Virus record (IMG/VR): IMGVR_UViG_2574179916_000007
DNA length: 10,113 nucleotides
Origin: a virus
Lineage: Duplodnaviria; Heunggongvirae; Uroviricota; Caudoviricetes
Reading direction: 5' to 3' (one strand)
The notes under the pieces were generated by a model, which was given only the letters and a program-made list of their open reading frames with translations, did not search any database and was not told where the DNA came from. The position numbers and the translations under genes are program-made. Positions 1 through 6,035 of this stretch are shown piece by piece. The first letter of the stretch is position 1, and every line of letters starts with the position of its first letter.

Positions 1-171
1 GCCCAGTTTCCGGTAAAAAGACCGACCAGAACTTGTGCGACAACAGCGCAAAGTGCGTGAAGAATTGGTGTTATATCAACATCTATATTCATCATAAATA
101 ACTCATTCCATTTTCACAAATAAGCCGCCAACAAGAAGACGGCATTAACATTAAAATAATTATATATGATG

Positions 172-2301
172 CTATTCCTCAATACCTAACCTGCTTGAAA
201 CCTCAGGCATAACAGTAACCTGAAGGGTTTTTGATGAATCTGTGTTTTTAATTGCTATGCTGATATTGTCAGAAGTGCTGTTATTGTTTGACACTGTTAT
301 AGAGTTTGCATCCACCCCGAGTTTCGAATAAGCATCAGCAAAACTAAGACCAACACTTCCACCAACAACTCTATATGAACCATCAATTCTGAATGACGAT
401 ATATTGTTATTGCTAACATCTCTAATTAGAACCCATATAGAAACACCCCTGAAAACAAGGCTTGCCCCTGATGGTATTTGAAGTGATACAATTCCTGTGG
501 AACCGGGGGGGATACTGCCAGTATATTTAGTTCCGTGCAGATATTTCCCCGGTAGGTCTAAATACGATGTGTCTGGATGTAATAAATTATGTATATGTCT
601 GCTATCTATGCTTCCAGACAGAACCATAGAATCATTGCCATATTCAATTATCCTTCCACCATCGTTACTTATTGTAAGTAATCCTTTGTTTCCTTTATTA
701 TTTCTAACAGTTATATCAGAAGAATCCAGGCGGACAATTGATATATTTTTTTCTGATCCATGACAATAATTTGATGAAATTTCACCTGTAACAAGTGACG
801 TACATAAAATGTCTGAACTTCCATCACTGTCGCCAGTAATAGTGTTGCAGGAAATTAATGCACCATATACCAGACCTGTTGGAGATTCTCCAAATTGCTC
901 TATAGTAATCCGTTTTGTGGTATTTGCTGATATGGTTATATTATGAACATCGTCAGTTTGCGATGTTACTTTGATCCTTGATGAAACTGTATTTCCAGAA
1001 ATAGTAACATTACTTGTATCATCCACCCATAAATATGACGAAAACGTATTACCTGATATGACTGAGTTACTCACCATTGAGTTCTCAAGCTCACATGAAC
1101 CATAGCTATTGTTATGGTCATAATTTCCTATAATCCTTACAAATCCATTCTGGTTAATGAAGTTGTATGATGTTGCATTTTGTCCGCCATAAGTTGAGTT
1201 ATGTGATGTTTCAGCATTTGTAACGCCTATATGTTGAAAATGACCGGCATTTACAGAATCAGGAGCAACTGATGTACACCCTATTACTTTTGTGTTTTTG
1301 ACAATTCTTGAATTAGGGTCATTCTCCAAATAATAGTTTTTTGCAACAAATGCCGTAGAGTAAAAGAAACCTTCAAATCTATTAAATAAAATCTGAATAT
1401 CGTCATAATCTCTTTGGTCTTCATTTGCATAGCAATAAAATGCTCTTGAAGACTCGGAGTAATCCTTGCATTTCTGAACGCCAGATAAAAGTGATCGGAT
1501 TCTGCTAGATTTTATTCTAAATCCGTTGTGAATTAACGTTGCATCACCAACTAATGTTATTGGCTTAAACAATTCAACCTTATCAAAAACAAATTCACCA
1601 CCATAAAATCCAAGTATAGCCCCTTCTGGTACTGCATTAATAGCATTTTGAATTGCTACAGTATCATCTGTTATGCCGTCTCCTTTTGCACCAAAATCAC
1701 GAACACTAATGGTGTCTCTCATCTTATCCTGGAACGTTCGGTACACAGCCCCAGAACCATACTGAATAAACCAACCAAAACCACCAACAACCCCGGCGAT
1801 TGCAGCATCGACATAATTACGCATTGAGCGATTATTTACAGCATCCTGCTCAAGTGATGGATCTGCAAGGTTAGAAATTCTGTTTTGCTTTGCATCGTAA
1901 TATTTTGCAAGCAGAGAGGGCTTCATCAATGCACGTCTGAACCACCCAAAACATTGCTGGATCAGCATCGTCAGGTAGTCAAAGGCATCTTCATGCACTT
2001 CGGGGAAAAATTTTCCCTGATTGCGAAGGTCTGTCTCCTGCACTACATCAAGCACACGATCTATCGTAATTCGCCATCCAGTAGCAAGCGGAGACGGAAG
2101 AACCACAGAACCGCCACTATAAGTGCCCGCCCCAGTTACCGTATAACCGGTATCCAGGACCAATTCTGTTACGTTTCCGTTCAGATCAGACACCTGAACA
2201 ACCAGGTCTGATTTTCTGAAAATTCGAAAAGTATACGGAAACGATGTCGTAACGCCGTTACCGGTGTATTCGTTGTGGTCAACTTCGGTTGAGACCGTCA
2301 T
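172..2301 (-). CDS. Phage tailspike / tail fibre protein with T7 gp17-like N-terminal adaptor and pectate-lyase-like beta-helix (putative polysaccharide depolymerase)
   Basis: 709-aa ORF with ATG at 2301 and GGAG about 8 nt upstream on the minus strand. The N-terminal ~150 aa (YTGNGVTTSFPYTF...VVQVSD...) resemble the T7-type tail-fibre N-terminal domain. The motif DFGAKGDGITDDTVAIQNAI is typical of pectate-lyase-3 / right-handed beta-helix proteins. The C-terminal part is Ser/Asn/Thr-rich and the gene is visibly AT-rich. Confidence 0.85.
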   Translation of the reverse strand: MTVSTEVDHNEYTGNGVTTSFPYTFRIFRKSDLVVQVSDLNGNVTELVLDTGYTVTGAGTYSGGSVVLPSPLATGWRITIDRVLDVVQETDLRNQGKFFPEVHEDAFDYLTMLIQQCFGWFRRALMKPSLLAKYYDAKQNRISNLADPSLEQDAVNNRSMRNYVDAAIAGVVGGFGWFIQYGSGAVYRTFQDKMRDTISVRDFGAKGDGITDDTVAIQNAINAVPEGAILGFYGGEFVFDKVELFKPITLVGDATLIHNGFRIKSSRIRSLLSGVQKCKDYSESSRAFYCYANEDQRDYDDIQILFNRFEGFFYSTAFVAKNYYLENDPNSRIVKNTKVIGCTSVAPDSVNAGHFQHIGVTNAETSHNSTYGGQNATSYNFINQNGFVRIIGNYDHNNSYGSCELENSMVSNSVISGNTFSSYLWVDDTSNVTISGNTVSSRIKVTSQTDDVHNITISANTTKRITIEQFGESPTGLVYGALISCNTITGDSDGSSDILCTSLVTGEISSNYCHGSEKNISIVRLDSSDITVRNNKGNKGLLTISNDGGRIIEYGNDSMVLSGSIDSRHIHNLLHPDTSYLDLPGKYLHGTKYTGSIPPGSTGIVSLQIPSGASLVFRGVSIWVLIRDVSNNNISSFRIDGSYRVVGGSVGLSFADAYSKLGVDANSITVSNNNSTSDNISIAIKNTDSSKTLQVTVMPEVSSRLGIEE

Positions 2302-2404
2302 GTTAAATCTCCAGATAGTCGCAGCACCCGTTGCGCCGCATATCTGGTTATTCTATTACCTGAAAAACCATATATGGATAAAAAGACTATAAATACCAAT
2401 AGAT

Positions 2405-2421
2405 ATTACCTTTCGGGTAAT
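2405..2421. promoter_or_regulatory. Operator-like inverted repeat ATTACC-TTTCG-GGTAAT (copy 1 of 3)
   Basis: Perfect 6-bp arms with a 5-nt spacer, 76 nt upstream of the ATG at 2497. The same TTACC-N5-GGTAA core recurs at 3854..3870 and 4914..4930. Confidence 0.5.
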
Positions 2422-2457
2422 TTGCAAAACGTGCTGGATAGCAAACAAATTATTTGT

Positions 2458-2477
2458 TACTGTATAAACATACAGTT
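2458..2477. promoter_or_regulatory. LexA (SOS) box
   Basis: TACTGTATAAACATACAGTT has perfect CTGT-N8-ACAG half-sites and 17 of 20 matches to the consensus TACTGTATATATATACAGTA. It lies 20 nt upstream of the ATG at 2497 in an AT-rich promoter-like stretch. Confidence 0.7.
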
Positions 2478-2496
2478 ATTGCATGGAGAAGATAAG

Positions 2497-2754
2497 ATGC
2501 AGCAGTATCACTATCCACTGGAAGACGGATTTACCGAAAGGATTCACACGCCGGGAGGCGTCAGGTCACTGGTGGAGGGATCGCACTTGATGAAATTACT
2601 CCGGGATCTCGATAAGGATGGATTTAATGTCGATGGCCCACTTGCCGAACTGACTGCACTGATTAACTACGTCACCAGCTCACAGATGTCTATGCAGGAT
2701 CTGCAAACACATCTCGACTATTGTGCCGAACAATTACGAAAACAAACCACATAA
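2497..2754 (+). CDS. Small (85 aa) antirepressor-like protein, a stand-alone homologue of the Ant C-terminal domain; probably SOS-inducible
   Basis: ATG at 2497 is preceded by GGAG 8 nt upstream. The product (LMKLLRDLDKDGFNVDGPLAELTALINYV...MQDLQTHLDY) aligns with the C-terminus of the 4138..4829 product (LMNLLNQLQEDGHDVSGAAAELTTMFCYI...LRDIQTHAEY). The longer ORF-track start at 2374 would place the LexA box and operator repeat inside coding sequence. Confidence 0.6.
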   Translation: MQQYHYPLEDGFTERIHTPGGVRSLVEGSHLMKLLRDLDKDGFNVDGPLAELTALINYVTSSQMSMQDLQTHLDYCAEQLRKQTT

Positions 2755-2776
2755 AGAAAAGGCCGCGAAAGCGGCC
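2753..2776 (-). terminator. Rho-independent terminator for the minus-strand two-gene operon
   Basis: Perfect hairpin GGCCGC-GAAA-GCGGCC at 2761..2776, followed on the minus strand by a U-rich run (complement of AAAGAAAA at 2753..2760). It sits directly after the stop of the 2778..3284 gene and also just after the stop of the plus-strand small gene. Confidence 0.6.
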
Positions 2777-2777
2777 A

Positions 2778-3284
2778 TTAACAGTCGTAAAATTCTGGGT
2801 CCCACAAACTAGCATCGCGCGGCATGGATTCTAACTTTTTCAGCCGCAAAATTCTGTCACACTCGACAACTAATTTTTGCTTCTGCTCGTCAATTTCTAC
2901 TGTCTTATGTGCTGGTTCATCCCAATAATCCAGAAGGAAGGCATGGCGTTCAGATGTGACCAGATAAATCACATACACGTCACTGGTTGGGATCTTTTTA
3001 TGCTTGTTAGTGGTCTTGTCTTTCTTCCCAGACGCCCAGTTTTTCCAGCATTGTTCCGTACCGCTCTCACCAAACTTGTCAGTATAGTTTCCGATGTTTA
3101 CGTGAACGTGGCGTATGTGATATTCCAGCATTTCTTTCGGTGGATCCCGAAACAGAGTGTCCTTTCCGAAATCCTTATGATGACCGTAGCGCCAGTGATC
3201 TATGAACGCGTTTTTGATAGGTATTAGCTCAGGGTCCTTCCCAAAAATTCCAGGGTGAACCAACCCCTGGAATTTATTCAGCAT
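2778..3284 (-). CDS. Putative toxin of a two-gene module (168 aa); tentatively YafO-like mRNA interferase
   Basis: Start taken at the internal ATG (3284..3282), which overlaps the stop of the upstream gene in the arrangement GATGCTGAATAA (translational coupling). The ORF-track N-terminal extension would overlap the upstream gene by about 100 nt. His-rich motifs DFGKDTLFRDPP...LEYHIRHVHVNIGN and VIYLVTSERHAFLLDYWDEPAH resemble, from memory only, the YafO family (FGRD...HIHL...PEPH). Confidence 0.65.
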   Translation of the reverse strand: MLNKFQGLVHPGIFGKDPELIPIKNAFIDHWRYGHHKDFGKDTLFRDPPKEMLEYHIRHVHVNIGNYTDKFGESGTEQCWKNWASGKKDKTTNKHKKIPTSDVYVIYLVTSERHAFLLDYWDEPAHKTVEIDEQKQKLVVECDRILRLKKLESMPRDASLWDPEFYDC

Positions 3285-3693
3285 CGTCGTAGAGCTCCTG
3301 AGCCATATCTTCGGCAGTGCGTGCAAACATCCTGCGCGAGATTGCATGAGATTTCTCGACGGACATCTTTGGGACCTCATGCATAACATTTTTGGGAGTT
3401 GTGTAATAGCCTATTACAATTTTCACACCTGACTTATGATTAATATCAGCATAATATACTTCTTGTTCAGACGTTTCACGACGAACATAATCTGCCAGTT
3501 TTCCACATTTAAATTCCCCTCCCTGATGTTTTAAAATCTCCTCAACTGCACTATTTTCAGTGAAATACCGAATAAGAAATTTCTGTCCAGACTCTTCAGC
3601 ATGAGGTATAACAGTATTATTGGAAGCCCGAACAATGGCCTTACTCAATATTTCATGGTCTTTATTTTTTTCTGATTTCCTCAAATGCTGCAT
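3274..3693 (-). CDS. Putative antitoxin / partner protein (139 aa from first ATG) of the two-gene module
   Basis: ORF ending 8 nt inside the start of the downstream gene. The first ATG (3693..3691) has AAGAGAG about 8 nt upstream; alternative GTG (3723) or TTG (3729) starts would give up to 151 aa. The C-terminus is acidic (EDMAQELYDDAE), as in many antitoxins. No recognisable DNA-binding motif and no family identified. Confidence 0.6.
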   Translation of the reverse strand: MQHLRKSEKNKDHEILSKAIVRASNNTVIPHAEESGQKFLIRYFTENSAVEEILKHQGGEFKCGKLADYVRRETSEQEVYYADINHKSGVKIVIGYYTTPKNVMHEVPKMSVEKSHAISRRMFARTAEDMAQELYDDAE

Positions 3694-3825
3694 TACTGTA
3701 GCTCTCTTCGTGTTCACGGGCACCCCCAACTACCTCTAGGGTAAACATTCTATCGAAAGTATACGCATACTGGCAAAAAAATAGGCAGGTATTTTCTGAA
3801 ATGGGATAAATCAAACCATATAGGG

Positions 3826-3855
3826 TTGAAATAACGTGAGTTATGCATTTATTAT
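3826..3855 (+). promoter_or_regulatory. Candidate sigma70 promoter reading toward ant
   Basis: TTGAAA (3826..3831), 18-nt spacer, TATTAT (3850..3855). The operator repeat copy 2 begins at the 3' edge of the -10 element. Confidence 0.35.
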
Positions 3856-3870
3856 TACCTTTTCGGTAAA
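3854..3870. promoter_or_regulatory. Operator-like inverted repeat ATTACC-TTTTC-GGTAAA (copy 2 of 3)
   Basis: TTACC-N5-GGTAA with perfect 5-bp arms, overlapping the predicted -10 and transcription start of the ant-proximal promoter. Confidence 0.5.
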
Positions 3871-3962
3871 TTTACATTGCACTCCTCTTGTGCCATAGTA
3901 ATCGGGCACTGGCAAAATCCAGTGCCGGGATTGGTCTCCCGGATTACTACAGAGGCACATAT

Positions 3963-3982
3963 GCCGCATAAGCGGTTTTTTT
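3963..3982 (+). terminator. Terminator-like short hairpin plus U7 within the ant upstream region (possible attenuator or sRNA 3' end)
   Basis: GCCGC-ATAA-GCGG(T) stem-loop followed by TTTTTTT on the plus strand. The stem is short (4-5 bp), so this is weak on its own. Upstream hairpins lie at 3905..3926 and 3925..3942. Confidence 0.35.
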
Positions 3983-4137
3983 ATGTGTAAAGCGCACCTA
4001 TTCTATGGTGGGCTGTGTGGGGGCACCGAAAGGTGCGCCGGGTTCCTTTGTAGCCGGTAAGACCAACTCTGCACAGTTCACCACCATCTGATTGGTCTCA
4101 GCGGTGGTGATTAACCTAACTACAAAGGTGATCGCTA

Positions 4138-4829
4138 TGAATACCAAACCTTCCATCTTTTCCTTTGAGTCATCCTGCCAGATCCGTATGTTCATGATTG
4201 ACGGAGAACCTTGGTTTGTCACCAAAGATGTGTGCAATGCTTTGAATATTGATGTTACACAAGCGAGAAAACTTGATAAAAAAGGCTGGAACAAAAAGGG
4301 GCTGTATTCAATACAGACCCCTGGTGGAATACAAGAACTATCCATCGTTTCAGAATCAGGTCTCTACATCCTTATTCTGCGTTGCAAAGAGGCAATGACT
4401 GAGGGAACGAGAGCATTCAGATTTCTTGAATGGGTTACAGGTGAGGTTCTTCCTCAGATCCGCCGCACCGGAAGTTACATTAAAAACTCGCTCCCGCAGG
4501 AAGAACGCATAAAGATGGTTGCCGACCAGGTAGCCAACGCCACAGCATCAGCAGTGATGCAGGCAATGAAGGTAGAGAACAAAACCTACAGCGCCCCACT
4601 GAAGCCCGGCTACCGCAGCCTGATTCATTCGCCGTCTGGTGTTCTCGGCCTGACGGAGAACTCACTGCTGATGAATCTGCTAAACCAGTTACAGGAAGAC
4701 GGGCACGACGTATCGGGCGCGGCGGCGGAGTTGACCACCATGTTCTGCTACATCGTCGGTGTGAGCAAATGCCTGCGTGATATCCAGACGCACGCGGAGT
4801 ACATCAACGACAAAGCAGGGTTCTTCTGA
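4138..4829 (+). CDS. ant: Phage antirepressor (Bro-N N-terminal domain plus Ant/KilA-C-type C-terminal domain)
   Basis: ATG at 4138 with AAAGGTG 7 nt upstream; the ORF-track start at 4092 is a non-ATG alternative. The N-terminus (FESSCQIRMFMIDGEPWFVTKDVCNALNI...SESGLYILILRCKEAMTEGTRAFRFLEWVTGEVLPQIRRTGSY) matches the Bro-N pattern. The C-terminus is homologous to the 2497..2754 product. Confidence 0.85.
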
Positions 4830-4871
4830 CGGGCGGCGGCACAGGGATGTGCCTACAATTATCAATAATTG

Positions 4872-4900
4872 TTTACACTCGTTGCAGTTAAAAGCATTAT
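4872..4900 (+). promoter_or_regulatory. Candidate sigma70 promoter for the 4951..5752 genes
   Basis: TTTACA (4872..4877), 17-nt spacer, CATTAT (4895..4900), in the AT-rich intergenic region after ant. Confidence 0.3.
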
Positions 4901-4913
4901 ACTCATGTTTAAA

Positions 4914-4930
4914 ATTACCCGATTGGTAAA
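4914..4930. promoter_or_regulatory. Operator-like inverted repeat ATTACC-CGATT-GGTAAA (copy 3 of 3)
   Basis: TTACC-N5-GGTAA with perfect arms, between the candidate promoter and the GAGG ribosome-binding site of the 4951 gene. Confidence 0.5.
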
Positions 4931-4950
4931 GTCGATTGGTTGAGGTTCAT

Positions 4951-5277
4951 ATGAGCAGAAGATATGTCAAGGAGCTGGCTATAGAGTCTGGCACCCCTTT
5001 GGGTATCGTTCCTGGCTCCAACTATGCCAAGGCTTTAAACCGAGACTCTGTCGTCAAAGTTATATCAAGAGACATGAATATGGTCGGAGACGATCTCAGA
5101 CGGTCAGAAAATCGTGTTTATGCTGAATATATAGTAAAGAACGGAAAAAAAATTGCAGCGCCTGCTGGCGGAAAATGGGCAATAGTGACAGGGAAAAACT
5201 CAAATGCAAGAGGAAAACCAGAAGCTAAAGGAATGTCCTTCGACAAATATGCAAAAATCTATTGGGCAACCAAGTGA
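4951..5277 (+). CDS. Hypothetical basic protein (108 aa); possible regulator
   Basis: ATG at 4951 with GAGG 5-6 nt upstream; the ORF-track start at 4936 is TTG. Lys/Arg-rich product with no recognised motif. Operator copy 3 sits in its leader. Confidence 0.55.
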   Translation: MSRRYVKELAIESGTPLGIVPGSNYAKALNRDSVVKVISRDMNMVGDDLRRSENRVYAEYIVKNGKKIAAPAGGKWAIVTGKNSNARGKPEAKGMSFDKYAKIYWATK

Positions 5278-5752
5278 TAACGAAGAAACTGAGTTCGAGG
5301 AAGTTGAGGAAGGGCTAAGTAACGAGATCATTCAACACCCAGATGCCTTCACAAGAGTTCTTGATCGCCCTGAAATTCAGGAGATAGTTGTCGCTCACCA
5401 TGCGTTTCAGGGTCCGCTTCCTCCCCCCTATCTGCTTCGCGGGTATCAGGATATTTTACCTGATGCCCCCGAACGCATCTTCCAGCTGACGGAGAAGGAG
5501 TTTGCTCACCGCCAGAAAATGGAGGAAAAGGCACTTGACGGGGCTATTAATAGAGATAAACGTGGGCAGTGGTTTGGCCTGAGTGCAACTATTTTTACAG
5601 TAGCTTGTGCAACATTATTAGGTTTAACAGGTCATGAAGTTCTAGCTGGCACAGTGATCGGTACAGTTGTTGCAGTGGCTGGTATTTTCGTTCTTAGACA
5701 AAAACCAAGCATCAAGAAGAAATCTGAAGACAACAAACCTGAAGAAAAGTAA
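5204..5752 (+). CDS. Hypothetical membrane protein (182 aa): acidic N-terminal region and two predicted C-terminal transmembrane helices
   Basis: ORF overlapping the upstream gene in another frame. Start is ambiguous: ATG 5204 (GGGA about 9 nt upstream) or ATG 5249. Hydrophobic stretches WFGLSATIFTVACATLLGL and LAGTVIGTVVAVAGIFVL are followed by a Lys-rich tail. A conserved-looking QGPLPPPYLLRGY motif is present. A strong terminator follows. Confidence 0.55.
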   Translation: MQEENQKLKECPSTNMQKSIGQPSDNEETEFEEVEEGLSNEIIQHPDAFTRVLDRPEIQEIVVAHHAFQGPLPPPYLLRGYQDILPDAPERIFQLTEKEFAHRQKMEEKALDGAINRDKRGQWFGLSATIFTVACATLLGLTGHEVLAGTVIGTVVAVAGIFVLRQKPSIKKKSEDNKPEEK

Positions 5753-5773
5753 GCCCGCGCTGCGGGCTTTTTT
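5753..5773 (+). terminator. Rho-independent terminator
   Basis: GCCCGC-GCT-GCGGGC hairpin followed by TTTTTT, immediately after the stop codon at 5750..5752. Confidence 0.75.
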
Positions 5774-5845
5774 GTGGACGAAACAAAAGTCAGTGCTACA
5801 CTCATTGACGCCACATTGAGGTGGCTTATAGATGGAAATTTCACA

Positions 5846-6007
5846 ATGAAAAAAGCATTTGCTGCACTGTTCGTTTTGTTGTCTCTGGTAGCTTCAACTC
5901 AGGCCTTTGCCGGTCGTTGTCAGCACGACAGCGATACTGCCGCTGACGGCTCCCGCTGCGGTGGGCGTTCTGCGGATTCCCGCCCTGGCGGCGGTGGCAT
6001 TCGTTAA
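5846..6007 (+). CDS. Small secreted peptide (53 aa precursor with Sec-type signal peptide)
   Basis: ATG at 5846 with GGAAA about 7 nt upstream. The N-terminus MKKAFAALFVLLSLVASTQAFA is a classic signal peptide with an AxA cleavage site. The mature part is Gly/Ser/Asp-rich with two Cys. A possible promoter is TTGACG (5805..5810) with TATAGA (5827..5832). The ORF-track GTG start at 5774 overlaps the upstream terminator. Confidence 0.45.
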   Translation: MKKAFAALFVLLSLVASTQAFAGRCQHDSDTAADGSRCGGRSADSRPGGGGIR

Positions 6008-6035
6008 AAACAAGGCCGCGAAAGCGGCCTGTTTG
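6006..6035. terminator. Bidirectional rho-independent terminator between convergent genes
   Basis: Hairpin GGCCGC-GAAA-GCGGCC at 6014..6029 is flanked by AAAAACAA on one side and TGTTTG on the other, so either strand reads hairpin plus U-rich tract. The hairpin is identical to the one at 2761..2776. Confidence 0.7.

Noticed and set aside
497-763. 88-aa plus-strand ORF inside the tailspike gene
   Set aside because: Entirely antisense to a well-supported 709-aa CDS, with no ribosome-binding site and a low-complexity product.
1885-2211. 108-aa plus-strand ORF inside the tailspike gene
   Set aside because: Antisense overlap with the tailspike N-terminal adaptor region and no independent signals.
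2374-2496. N-terminal extension of the small antirepressor-like ORF (ORF-track start at 2374)
   Set aside because: The extension would contain the operator repeat and the LexA box. The ATG at 2497 has a good GGAG ribosome-binding site and is where homology to the Ant C-terminus begins.
2877-3227. 116-aa plus-strand ORF
   Set aside because: Antisense within the putative toxin gene; hydrophobic low-complexity translation.
3285-3389. N-terminal extension of the 2778..3389 ORF
   Set aside because: It would overlap the upstream gene by about 100 nt. The internal ATG gives a classic stop-start overlap (ATGCTGAATAA), typical of coupled pairs.
4005-4090. 28-codon plus-strand ORF in the ant leader
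   Set aside because: No Shine-Dalgarno sequence, and it lies in a GC-rich structured region better explained as RNA structure.
3900-4130. Possible tRNA or tRNA-like attachment site in the GC-rich hairpin region
   Set aside because: No cloverleaf is consistent with the sequence: there are no T-loop GTTCGAATC-type or D-loop motifs and no 7-bp acceptor stem.
3998-4345. 115-aa minus-strand ORF, plus the 61-aa minus-strand ORF at 4480..4665
   Set aside because: Both are antisense to the ant leader or coding region, with no start signals. The Bro-N homology of the plus-strand frame is decisive.
2405-4930. Reading the TTACC-N5-GGTAA elements as lambda boxB-like nut RNA hairpins
   Set aside because: The geometry (5-bp stem, 5-nt loop) fits, but the loop sequence differs in all three copies while the arms are invariant, and no boxA-like element is adjacent. 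A DNA operator is more parsimonious.
5774-5845. GTG-initiated N-terminal extension of the small secreted-peptide ORF
   Set aside because: It starts inside the U-tract of the upstream terminator. The ATG at 5846 gives a canonical signal peptide at the N-terminus.
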